A DNA stretch of 64,000 bases from Dimorphilus gyrociliatus (lineage: Eukaryota; Animalia; Annelida), in contig CAJFCJ010000024.1 in the NCBI GenBank assembly GCA_904063045.1, positions 124,001 to 188,000 on the forward strand, written 5' to 3'. Positions within the stretch are counted from its first letter, which is position 1. The number at the start of each line of letters is the position of its first letter. This document shows positions 1 through 12,648 of the stretch, one piece after another. Both the position numbers and the translations under genes were made by a program. Under the pieces are notes generated by a model that did no database searches, was not told the origin of the DNA, and worked only from the letters and a program-made list of their open reading frames with translations.

Positions 1-64
1 TAATTTATTACTCAATGATTCTTGATGATAACTTTTAAATATAATAGTAATTAACAATGCCTAC

Positions 65-1111
65 CTGATGGATAATGTGAGCAATGTTCGTATGTAAACT
101 TAAAGAAGACTTAACGGCTTGTATATGTGGTAATTTCATAACAAAATTTTTCATATCTTCTACAGTTTTAGCTTCGTGTCTTTCGTTACTTTGTGACGTT
201 AATAATTTGGCTTGTTTACTCAAATAAGCTCCAACGCTATGAAAGTTTTTATCTCTTATATCCGAAAAAACTTTGTCACCAGAATTTAAAATGACTTTTC
301 CCTTATCACCACCTGATGGAAGGCGAACGATAGTATTGTTAATCGATAGTATTTCGTCGATTAAACCTTCATAGGTTAATTGATTTAGTAAAGGACTAAG
401 AACGTCAACTGATCTGTCAATGAGAAGTAGGTTATCTATTTGACTTTTTCCAGAATCGCTTATGTTATATTCCCTTGTCATTCTTTTTAGTATATCCCAT
501 ACATGACCAGCACTCGCTCCCTTGCCATAAACATTTGGAATGGTACCATAAAGTTCTTGTAGAGTCATCAAACTCTTAGCTACGTAATGGAGAGATTTAT
601 AGTCGTTGTTTATAAAGCAATCGGCAAAACAAGACGAATAGTCTAATGACAAGAGGTCGTAATCTAAAGGTAGCATTTCCAGAGGAAAATCTCCTACGTT
701 TGTGAAGCTTTCAAGAGCTCGTAGTTCTTCCAATTTTCTAATACATAATTCGTTTTTTCTAGGAACGAAGAACAAGTGATAAGACACCTCTTCAAAAGGG
801 TTGGAGGTATCGTTGCCAAGTATGCATCTGGCAATAGTTTGCATGAGTGAAATATTTGGACGTACGAAAAAAATAATGTTCCTAACAGCCGGTCCTGATG
901 GGAGGGGTGCTCTCAGCGACCACATAATGATTACCTCGCAATCTTTTAGAAGAGTGTTTTCGGCAATAAGATCGAAGGGACCCATGAGAGACTCGTCCCA
1001 AACTATAGCTTTTGTCCCTTCGCAACATTCCAAACATCTTTTTAATCTTGAACGATAGGACTCACGAAGTTTTGAAACATTTATTCTTCCAACACTCAGA
1101 TGGGTCGCCAT
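65..1111 (-). CDS. VPS33A: VPS33A-like Sec1/Munc18 family protein, first coding exon (gene continues off the left edge)
   Basis: ORF 35..1129 opens on GTG; the real ATG is at 1111 (MATHLSVG). VPS33 motifs: KAIVWDESLMGPFDLIAE, LHYVAKSLMTLQELYGTIPNVYGKG, LLLIDRSVDVLSPLLNQLTYEGLIDE, LNSGDKVFSDIRDKNF. Donor CAG|GTAG ends the exon at 65. VPS33A versus VPS33B judged from recalled motifs only. Confidence 0.88.
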
Positions 1112-1579
1112 GTTTTTGTCATGTGACACTGTTACTCAGCCATTGACAGCGCTCATACAGAATTCAACCAGCTGAAGTACAAAAAAGCTCAGACAGAATC
1201 ACGCGATGAAAAATTTGTAACGGGTTCGCCTTCCTCTTCGCTTTTCAACTGACTAAATCATTAATAGAAACCAGGTTACATAATGAACTTTGAAAAAAAT
1301 CTCATTTTTTTAATATGAAACCATAAACAAAGTGGTTATAAATTATATCTATTCAATACTTGTAAACTTGTTAAAACCTTTGCCGAACTTCTATTTCTAA
1401 AAAAGTTCTTTTCTTTTTGAGATTTATGCTTAAAATATATGTGGGTCATTACTGTGAATGACCTTGCCACAGAGATACGTGAAGATCAAATAAAAAGCCG
1501 GTATCACATTGGATGCGAGACTTGATTGGTAAAGAACTATATTTTATTTAAAATATAGTTGAAACTTACCAAATAAAAG

Positions 1580-3623
1580 ATGGGAAAAGGTTCCTTTCAT
1601 GACAATCTTAATCTTAATACTCTAACCTTAGAGGAAGTTCAAAAGCATAATACTAAAAAAGACAGATGGATCATCATAGACGGTTCTGTTTATGACGTGA
1701 CAAACTTCGCTAAAAGACATCCTGGAGGAGAGAAGATTATACAGGGTTATGCTGGCCAAGATGCAACGGTAAATTGAATAACCATTTATTATCCTTTAAA
1801 CTATAATAAAAATATTTTTTAAAACACGTGAAATTCATTCTGTTCTTCTCTTTCCTTAAAAATATACTACAATATTTAGGATGCTTGGACTGCATTCCAT
1901 ATTGATAGATCAATGGTTTCTAAATATATGAAACCGCTTCTCGTTGGAAAACTCGAGCATTCGACTGAATATAAAAATTCAAAAAGGGTACGTAAATTTG
2001 AATAGGCCTATGTACTGAATTTCTAAAATGCTAACACCTGTAATAATTTTTCACATAGAATAAAATAGAAGAGGATTTTCGCAAATTGAGACAGAAAGTT
2101 GAAGAAATGGGATTATTTAAGCCTAGTGTATTGTTCTTTTCGTTTATACTCGGTCATATTTTAGTCATGGAGGCAATTGGCATTTTCATAATGTATTATT
2201 ATGGTACTGGATGGTTACCCTATGTTATTGCTGCTATATTCCTTACTGCCGCTCAAGCCCAGGCTGGCTGGGCTCAGCACGATTATGGTCATTTAAGTGT
2301 ATTACCTAATAGCAAGTTAAACCATTGGGCTCACATATTTGTTATTAACTTTTTAAAGGTACAAACTATCTATCTAGATCTCTATAAGCACGTAGATGCT
2401 TCACATGTAAAGGTCAATTATTATCTATAACAACCAAAGGTTAATTTATCACACGATATCCGAATTCTTTTATCAGCTGGTTTTGTATACATAAAAAGAA
2501 TTGATAGCATTACATAATTCTTAATACCTAAAGTCCATATCAAAGTTTTTAAATCAAACTAATTCAATAATTTTGTTTATCTTTTTTTTGTAGTAAAAAA
2601 CTATAATGAATCAAATATGTTTTTTTTTAATGACTAGGGTGCTTCATCCGACTGGTGGAACTATAGACATTTTAATCATCATTCCAAACCAAATGTTGTA
2701 AAGAAGGATCCTGATATACGTCTCGATATGTTTTTTGTTTTGGGTAAAGTTATTCCTATTGAGGTAAATAGAACGTATAACTTTCATTGAGATAAGCGCA
2801 TTTAACATAATTGACTTTCATTCATACAGTGGGCAAAGAAGAAGAAGGGATTTATGCCATACCAGCATCAACACAAATACTTCTATTTAAGTAAGAGTTT
2901 AAAGATAATCAATTCCAGTAATCTAATTATCCTTTCTTTTTTTATGTAATGTATTTAGTTCTCCCACCTCTATTACTTCCTTTATATTTCAACTACGAAA
3001 TTCCTTACTATTTGTTGAGTCGCAAGCGTTACGGCGATCTCTTTTGGATGCTGACCTTTTTCTTAAGATACGAATTAATATTCTATCCACTATTGGGTTT
3101 CTGGGGAACTTTAGGATTGTTTTTCTTCGTGAGGTAATGCAGTTGATGAAAATGAGTTATGTCTATGTTAGCAAACAATAGTTCTTTAATATAAAATTAT
3201 ATATTCAGATTTATTGAAAGTCATTGGTTTGTATGGACAACTCAAATGAGTCATATCCCTATGGATGTAAATTATGATCAAGACGATGACTGGGTAACTG
3301 GTCAATTAAAATCAACATGTAATGTTGAACCGTCTCTATTTAATGATTGGTTCAGTGGACATCTAAATTTCCAAATTGAACATCAGTAAGTACTCCTTAC
3401 TTTTTTGTAATGATCTCCTAAGTGCATTTTCATTCTCTTTCATAGCTTGTTTCCAACGATGCCAAGGCACAATCTGATTAAAGTGAAACCTCTTGTCATG
3501 TCTTTATGTAAGAAACATAATATTAAATATCACGAGAAGACACTGTTGGAAGCTATGGTTGACATTCATAAATGTTTACGAGAGTCTGGAGAACTCTGGA
3601 TGGACTCCTACTATCACAAGTAG
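1580..3623 (+). CDS. FADS2: Front-end (delta-5/delta-6) fatty acyl desaturase with N-terminal cytochrome b5 domain, 8 exons, 437 aa
   Basis: Exons 1580-1768, 1880-1987, 2059-2358, 2638-2763, 2830-2890, 2959-3133, 3209-3385, 3446-3623 (all GT-AG, 1314 nt, in frame). Contains HPGG and the His boxes HDYGH, HFNHH and QIEHH. FADS1 versus FADS2 specificity cannot be read from sequence. Confidence 0.92.
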
Positions 3624-3974
3624 AAGCTACTTGACTGGTTCATTCATTAAAAATATTAACGTTTTCTATATTGAAAAAAAAAATCAAGAAAATCCAAGAA
3701 AAAGAACATTTGTTTAGTATTAATTTACTAAATTTTATGAAAATTCTGAAAATTTATTTACTATATACTAATACACCAAAAATTGGTGATTTTTTTTCTT
3801 TTAAACTACTAATGAAAATTAATGTACAGACAATAACAACTTTAAACTTGAAGATTAAGAATATTTTTTAATATCTTATTAAACTCTTGCTACAGACTAA
3901 TCAAATCAGATTTGCGGTAATATCAACAAAATCATAGACAGTTTACACAATGTAAGATGATTCTTCCCCCTTCT

Positions 3975-5808
3975 TTAGATCATAGGTTCCCACTCGCTAT
4001 TTCTTAGAGAATCTTCTGGTCTGGGATTTAGACCTGGTTCTAAAGAACCTCTCGTTAAACCCCAAAATACTTGCGGTTTTAGTTTTTCTTTGGTTGTAAA
4101 TCTCCATCCGAGATGATGTCCACAATGCTTACATTGTGCTATTGTCCAACCATATCCAGGAAACCATGAATTTTCATAGATTGGCTTACCTATCAAACTC
4201 ATATTTTCCGCTTTCATGGCAGTAATTGTGTCATGAACGTGCCCATTCGGATTAACATAGGCGGCTAGTGGACCAGATGAAGACATGCTAAATATGTCAT
4301 CCTTAGATGTAACATATTCACCGCAGTGAACGCACAATAAAGCGTCCCATCGTTCAATGATGCTAACAATCATTCTTAGCCTTCTTACTACTGAATGTTG
4401 TGATAAAAGTTTTAATTTTAACTGATCATCGACTGGTATATTTTGAGATGCCCAAAAAGAGAAAGCGACTGGATCTTCTGGCATTGTCTCAACTCTTAGC
4501 CAAGATTTCAATTCTTTGGCTATTTTTTCTCGCAGGACATCTACATCGTACTGCTTATAAAGGAAATATGGTATATTGGTTCTATCGGCTCCAAGTTTTA
4601 GATATTTTTTTCTTTGATTTCTTGGTAGATTTCTGTAGCCGCCAGGTAATAGAGACGAAAAAGGACAAGAAAATTTTACTTCAGGTAAAATTTTCACTTT
4701 AGCAGTGAGGGTTCCGTCAACAGTTCTTCTTCTTCCGAGACATTTAAATCTCTCCCTGCCAATAGATTTTGCTGTAACCTCGAATATTCCAGTTCGACCA
4801 TCCGAACAATCTTGATATGATATAATTTCGGCTGTAGTACCGATATCTGATAGTTCCATTACATGAGCGTTCGTCTCTTCATCTTCGTACACTCGACTAT
4901 TTATGACCCCTATAGAACAAGGACCCTGGCCTTCACGCAGCCTTTTAAGGAGACATTCGGCAGGTCTTCCGTACAAGTGTAAAGGAAGAACATTTCCAGG
5001 AATTAATACAATACTTGGCATGGCTATTAATGGTAACTCTTCAACAATTTCATCTTCAATTCTTACAACTCTCCCATGAACTTCTTGTTGATTACTGCTC
5101 AGATACTTTGAGAAAAAAAAGATGCAATGTATTTCTTGTGAACTTTCAAATTTGACTTTTGACTTAAAATATACTATAGCTTGAAGAATATCATATGAAC
5201 AAGATATCATTGCTTAATATTAATTACTTCACCCAATAAAAAGAGATATAGAGGGCGCTATATAAGTCAAAAGTCTGCTATCTTAAAAATTTAAAGGTAT
5301 ACTTGATGTGCTGCAGGAAGTGAGAGGTCGTACTGTACATCTATTTCTCTGTCTTCTCTGGTCTCAACTTCAGGGCTCGCATTATACATCTCAATACCTT
5401 CATCGCTTTCTGAAAAAGAAACTATTATACAAGCTTGCAAAACTAAATTATTGACAAATTGAGCGATATACTACTATGTGTCGTATTTACTTATTACCTT
5501 GATTTCTAATACGTAATAAACTAGTAAATACATCGCGTAATAATCCACCGAATAATCGAAACAGATGAAAATATTTTGAGAGAAAAGTATTGTTTACAGC
5601 TCTGTTTACAGCAGCAACATCTGAAAATCGGCAATAACTACTTGTGTTTCATATTAATATCAAAGCACTTGTACGTCTACTAATTAATCATTCGAACACA
5701 AGATACAATATTTTTAATTAATTAGATCTGGTCTTTACCAATTTCTTCCTGTTCCATAATTTCTTCATTTTGTGCTACATTGTGTAGATTCTCTAGACTC
5801 TCCGCCAT
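3975..5808 (-). CDS. CRBN: Cereblon (Lon-N domain plus CULT/thalidomide-binding domain), 3 exons, 435 aa
   Basis: Exons 5808-5739 (MAESLENL...), 5409-5303 (YDLSLPAAHQ) and 5105-3975; 1308 nt in frame. Motifs VLIPGNVLPL, CVHC, AYVNPNGHVHDTIT, SWFPGYGWTIAQCKHCGHHLGWRF. Confidence 0.95.
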
Positions 5809-6113
5809 TTTGAATGTTTACTAAGGAATTCTACAACAAGAGTGTGTAGTCTGTAATATATTTCTTTCTCAATAAATAGAGTACAGTATCTAGTTGGATA
5901 TAAATATTGAGATGCCGCTGTTAATATAGTGACAAACAAATGTATACAATTAATAAATGAAAATTGGTACAATCGATCAACTTAACAGCAAAAAAATACC
6001 AAATTTCTAAACGTTACACTCAATTTTATTTTGTGCATTGTTTAATTCGTTTTCGCTTGGAGCGAAAATATAAAAACAATATTGCATAAGGATTCGTTCA
6101 GACTTGTTCAGAA

Positions 6114-9100
6114 ATGGCTGATCCGATTGAACTACAAAATCTTCTCGCCGATGAAAGGGAAAGAATAGAGGAACACAAGAAAAATTATCAAATACTAAAA
6201 TCCCAACATCAAAGGTAAATAAGGAAAAGAATAATATATTTAAAAAAATTTGAATTATTCACCCGTTTAGGTTACAAGATGAGTTTAATGTTGTTCAAAC
6301 TGATTTCAAATCTTCATTGGAAGAAAGTCAGATGATGAAGGAGAAATATACACAGTTAATTGAACAGCTAAGAAGAGATTTGATGCAGAGAGGAGCTGAA
6401 TTAGAGGAAGCAAAGTCTCAGGTTCTAAACAAATTTCCTGGCTAACGTTCTTTTTTAATACTTAATGAATCTTTTAGATAATTTCTAAGCAAAAATTAGA
6501 AATACTTAAATTAGAATTCGCTGATGATTATGATTCACCATATAAACGAAAATTAATAGCTGCAGAAGAGGAGTTAGAATTTGTAAGATCGGATTTAACT
6601 AAATTGAAATACGATTATTCTTTCCTTAAAAGTGAATATGAACATCAGGTACATAAATTTCTTCATTTTTTCTTCGAATATTATCTATAAAATATTCAAT
6701 TTTAGACTGTAGAACGTGAAAGAATACTTGCCGAGCAAAATTTTCGCCATGACACCGAGGTTCCGTTATTCTTTTTTTCGAATAAGATTTGTTTTATTCA
6801 AAATCAATGTTATTACTATAGGTAAAAGCGTTAAGAAAGGAAAAAGAAGTTTTGGTTAACAGGCAAAATAAAGCTTCTAAGATCGACGCCGAGAAAAGTA
6901 TGCAATTGCAAAGGGAAAATACTCAATTGAACGCCAAGCTAAAAAATTTAATTAGCGAGATAGAAGAATTAAGAGCTCAAAAGGAGCACGTTGGCCTCCA
7001 GAATGATCAAGTTTGTCGTTTACAACAGAAGCAACTGAATGAGCATAACGTAAACTGCAAAGCCTTAGAGGTTTGTGAATAGTTAATTCCATTATATCAA
7101 TATCGAAAAAAGATTATCGAAATACTTATCCTAGGCTGAAAAGCAAACTTTGAAAGGGCATGTTGAGAGCCTGCAGAAAGAAATAAGGGAAAGTTTAGAT
7201 AATCAGAATATATTAAGTTCAAGAGTTCATGAATTGGAAAGGGAAAACGTTACTTATAAAGGCAAAGCAACGGAAGCTGAACATTTGTGCAAAGTAAGTA
7301 ATTGTTTAAAATAATTTTTTTGCTAAAGGATATTAATACTGTGTTTAATCTTTTAAGGTTGAAATTACAAATATTAAAATGCAAATGTTACGAGAAAGGG
7401 GAAATCTAGAAAGAGAAAGAGATAGATTACTGAATGAAATTGAAGAACTAAAAACACAATTGGAAATTAGTCAACACGAAGCTGATTCTAAGACTCAGCT
7501 GATTGTTGACAAGGAAAGAGAGATAGTGAAGAGAGTTCAGGCTGCTAGAGAAGAGGAATGGAAAAAATTGAATGAGATTGATAATGAAAGGTGATAAATA
7601 ATTAAGTTTTTTACTGGTAGTTACTACAAGAAAAATTAAAGAAACGTTATGCAATTTACAAATTAAATTCTTTTGATCAGTAAATTTCAATTAGAAATTG
7701 TAAAATTAAACTCCTATATGCTATAGGCCTGACATTATTTGTAAACATTATATTTAACAACCAGGCTGCAATACGAAACGAAACTCCAAGAAATGGAAAG
7801 AAGGCGTATTGATGAGGATAATCATACTGCAAATGAAAAACAAAAGCTAGAAGAACGTCTACGTCAGAGTGAAATAGAAAAGGATGACTTAGAAAGAGCT
7901 GTTGTCAATTTGAAGTAAACTATCAATATTTTGTTTACATATTAGTTTTTAAAAAATACCATAATAATTAAATATTTTAAGGTCAAAAATTTCTCAAATC
8001 GAAAGTGTAACTCATCAAGTGGAACAAGAAAGAAAAGAAAATTCCGATTTGAAAAACCAGCTAAACAGGCTGGAAACGGAGTTTGGCTCATATATTAGTA
8101 GCGAACAACAGCTTATGCAGGATAACGATGAATTACAAATAAATATTAAGCGCTTAGAAAAAGAAATACTAAAGATAAAGGAGAATGCAAAACAAGATTT
8201 CGAAAATTTGGAAAAAAAATGTGATCAAGAGGTAATTAAGAAAATTCTTTTAAATACATTTTGTGAGATTAATAATTGATTTCAAACGTTGATAATATAG
8301 AGAATAGTATGGGCTGAAGATCGATCGAATTTACTACATAGATTATCTCAGACGGAAAATCAATTATCCACATCTAGCACAGAATTAAGAAGGATGAACG
8401 ATTTGCAAGCCAAGGTATTAGCTTTACAATCAATAAGAAAATCAGATTACTTAACCCTGTTCCATTGATTAATTTAGAAAAAACATCAATATTCAGCTCT
8501 GGTCAGTAAGATGAAAAACAAATTAAAACTTTATCAAGTTAAAAAAGAGGAACTAGAAATTGAAAGAGATGCCCTAAAGTACGATATTCGTCTTTGAAAA
8601 TCTAAAATATCTCTTACCTGTCTTTTTGTTTTAGAAAGTGTATACCTTCTGAACAACATAACCGTATCAAGAAGCAATTAAACGACTTGCTAAGAAGGCA
8701 TAGAGATTTTAGGCATTTACTTTTAACAGGAAATCCCAGCGAAACAGCAGCTGAAGAAAAGCAAGGAACAAGCTTTAATTCTGATTCTGCACTACTAGTT
8801 GGGAGCGATAGGCTTAACTCTACCTTTTTAGATTATGTAAGTAAATATTGGTAATTAGATATAATTGTTAGAGATAGCGTCTTTTTTATTGTTATTGATA
8901 CAAAGCAGATAAGAGCTTTATATATTAAGTGATTTTGTATTTAAGAGAGTCACTCTCATGACTATAGATATTTATTATAGTCTGAAACGCACCAATTCTT
9001 GGAAATTAAAGATGACATGGTCGAAATATGGGTAATACTTTCAGAAATCGAGAGTATTTTAATAAATTCCACATGTACTGAGGCTCTGACCAGTGGTGAT

Positions 9101-9521
9101 TATTATAGTGACTTTGATTCATTGTATATTTACCAATTTGGCATGTGGAAAACAATCCTACGGGAGTTAAGGTGGTTTACGGGGAGAATTAATTATCAAG
9201 TTTATTTTTCTTTGTCCCTTGGTAGCTTTATTTTTAGACCCTTTAATGTTTGCTCTATTTATAATATATCTTTAGTTTTAGTATGAAGTACTCAGATACT
9301 AAAGATATATATTGAATTATCTCTAGGAGAAAGATTTGATGGACATAAAGACGAGAGTGGACGAATTAGAAGAAGCTCAAATGAAGCAAACGATAGCGTT
9401 GAAGCAAAATCTAGTTAGATCTATTAGCCCGGTTTTGTCCAGTACCGATGTGGAAGATGACAAGGATAATGGAACAGAAAAAGATAATGTTAACTCAGAA
9501 GAACTTTCATCACCTGCTTAA
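6114..9521 (+). CDS. CEP83: Centriolar distal-appendage coiled-coil protein CEP83/CCDC41, about 13 exons
   Basis: First exon MADPIELQNLLADERERIEEHKKNYQILKSQHQ resembles CEP83 [27 protein letters not shown]. C-terminal IPSEQHNRIKKQLNDLLRRHRDFRHLLL and TRVDELEEAQ also match. Long heptad coiled coil; exons chain through GT-AG introns from 6114 to TAA at 9519-9521. Confidence 0.85.
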
Positions 9522-9714
9522 TTTTTTATACCTTTTTTAGTATTAGGTTCAATCTGTCTCATATATTCATCCAATTAGTATTATTGTTAAACTGTCTGGT
9601 TACTAGTTTAATTTCTTTGTAAAAAGCTTAGATAATTAGTTTGTTAAGGTTGGTAAGGAAAAAATACACACATTATTATCTTGATTTCCCTTTTCATATT
9701 TATAAAAAAAACAG

Positions 9715-12642
9715 CGAACTGAATCGTCGTTATCGAAAAACGAAGAATTCACAAAATTGCTAAAACGTGTATGCAAGTTGATTAGACAACAAAAGCAACT
9801 AATTCACTTTCATAATGAAAGGAGAAACCTCCATTTAGGAAAAAGCTATAAAGTAAATTGTCTCCAGCACATTCTTTTCAGTGCTATAGAGAAACTTAGA
9901 TGTCAAATTGACAAGAATTCATCGACTTATTGGTGTGATTGTTTAATTGAAGATAACATGAATAATGATAAAACACATCGTAAAAGCATGTCGAGTACAT
10001 GTGATACCAATGAGAAATATGATAACAATGTAGCAACAAGTTCCAAGAGGAAAAGAAATTGTATTAGAGAGCGGAAAAGCTTTAAAACATCCCTTTCAGA
10101 GGTCCATAATTTAACTGCTCTTTTATCCTCAAAAAAAACATCAAGTCAGTCAACTCAAACAATACAAGTTAGTCGCAATAGAACAGATAAAATGAATATT
10201 CAGACTCAGACTGAACCAAGCCTATTGTCTATAGGAGAGAATTCAGTTAATGGCCAAGACTCTTTCAGAACACACCAAGCTGATTGCAAAACTTTGCCAG
10301 AAATAATTTATAAGATATCAGACAATGATAGCAATGAGTATTTTTTCACTTATACTGAAAAAGGAGATGTTAAACTGCAGAATTCTAATAATCTTAACAA
10401 TCCAAGAGAAGAGTTTAACATAGTATCTAAGACAGAGAATAAGGAAATATCTATTCAAGCGGATAAACTTGACAACGATAATTTAGTAAAAACTTTAAAA
10501 TATAATACAAAACCAGCATCCAATTTTATAAAAGAATTGCAATTGTCTCATTCATATAATATCGATCGAACGGAGGTTTTAGAATCAATTCCTCTATCGG
10601 ATGAAAAAATTCTTAATAATCATTTAATTATCAGTGATGAATTACCCACTTTGGAGACTATTAGTTATGAGTATTATCCAATGGTATCTTATCAAGAATT
10701 TTATCATATTCCTCAAGATACACAAAAATTAGCAAATGTAGAAAAATTCGAAATATTCTCTACTAATATTCATTTCATTTTGGAGCAAGTTAAAACAGCC
10801 AAACCTCAGAAAAGTGAAAAAGCTATTGGAAATAGTAGAAAAAATAAGAGATGTATTAGTGCATTCAATCTTCAACATTGCGGAAACCCTTTCGAACATT
10901 TTCAAAATGAAGATAACAACAAAGCTATGACAAATATAACAAAACCTGATGAAATAATATCAAATAGATTAGAAAATCATGAATATAATAATTTTACAAT
11001 AGAATTTGACGAAAGAGGAAACGTTTTACAAGGAGGCACTGCAATTTTTAAAAGAGAAGAAAATTCACAGCAGAAAAGTTTAATAAAAATAAAGAAGAAT
11101 AAAACGGAAATAATTAAATCATCCTCTAAAGATAATTTAACTTGTTCATTAGAGTTTGACGATAGTTGGAAGAGATTGATAGACGACATCTTTAATTGCG
11201 AACAACTTCAATATCTAGGTTTTATTACAGATGAAGTAGAGAACGCTTATACTCTAAATAAGCATCAGAAGCAGAGCTTATTAGAAAAAGGATGGTGTGA
11301 TCTACTGGATAAACCGCCTGATGAACAAATTAATAGGAAAATGATTCTATGCTATTTATATTTTTACTTAATTAGTATTATCCATAAATTTAATGAAGAG
11401 AATTTCTAAAATAGAATCATTACTCTCCTTGATCAACACATTGAAATTCTGGGTCAAAACGAAGTTAATTTTAACGAACTTGAAGAGGATGGTGTAAACC
11501 TATTAAACTACAAGGATATCATTATGAAAGCTTTGAATTTCTTACGTAAGATATCATCAACTATTAGACGTTCGGCAACTCCACGAAATATTGATATCAA
11601 ATGCATACAAAGACTATTTTCTGATATTATAAACTACGGTAGAGAAGCAGCCATAAAAAATACTCTATTACAAACTTCTTCTGTAAGCGGAAAGGAGGAA
11701 GACTCGATTGGAGAAGATACCACTAGCGTCAACAATGAAAAACCATATTTTTCATCAACCGATTTAAATAATGCATTTAAAAAATTTTTAGAACCGAAAC
11801 AAAAGAAAACCACTTCAAAATCCGCAACTGTCTTGTCCGACCGAACCATTCAATCGGAACTTTCGCTGAATGATGAAACAGCAAATGCAGTTGACTCATT
11901 GGGACAAATAATACCCGATGAAGCAAATTATATATATTCTCACGTAAACCCTGTTGTTAATATCCAATTATCATCGGATAGTTCAAGCCAAATATCGCTT
12001 AGTTCAACTGGTTCTGTTGGCCAAATTAACAGTTACGATACAATATCACATCAGGCAAGTACAAGTCAAGAGATTTCGTATAAATTGAGTAATATTGCTA
12101 AAAATAAGATGGATAGCATATTAAAAAGTTACGTTCCAACTATTAATCTTTGGGGCAATGACAGTAGAAAAGATGAATTGGAGAGTAATTCTCAAAATGA
12201 GATGAGAAAACAAGTTAAAGATAGTTTCTTATTAAAATCTAGGGATGCATTTCATTTTTTATCAATTTATTAATGCAAATAATGTAGGAAAAACAAAAAG
12301 AAATCATGATGTGCATCCTTAAGGCAATTTAATCGAATAGGAAAGGAGGAAAAAGCCACTAAACCTATACATCTTCCCGGCTATGTTCTAAAACAAAAAG
12401 GAAGCAATGATGGAATAATCCATCAAAAATCTCCTCAAAATGACAATAGCAATGAATTTAAAGAATCATTTATGTTTGTTACCAAACAAGAACAGCAAGA
12501 GAATTGTGATAATGATGAAGAAGATTCACTAGATCTACCAGATTCTATAAGATATATTCAAATGTCTCTATCTACTTCAACCGATGACGATGAGGAAATC
12601 CATACGAACAACTTAAAAAAAGATCGAAAGTCCTTCTTTTAA
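9715..12642 (+). CDS. Uncharacterised large low-complexity/disordered protein (S/T/N/E/K-rich); 5' end unresolved
   Basis: ORFs 9757..11409, 11524..12273 and an unlisted acidic ORF ending TAA 12640-12642 all lie in the same frame. Proposed exons 9715-11336, 11415-12223 (or 12184) and 12341-12642. The first junction needs a GA donor; the first in-frame ATG is at 9958. No family recognised. Confidence 0.6.
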
Positions 12643-12648
12643 AAAGTT

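Noticed and set aside
12243-12287. Third non-canonical donor (AG|GG) in the orphan gene
   Set aside because: It gives only a 45-nt intron and an immediate TGA (12307). Canonical GT donors at 12185 or 12224 with the acceptor at 12340 explain the junction. Kept only as a weak alternative.
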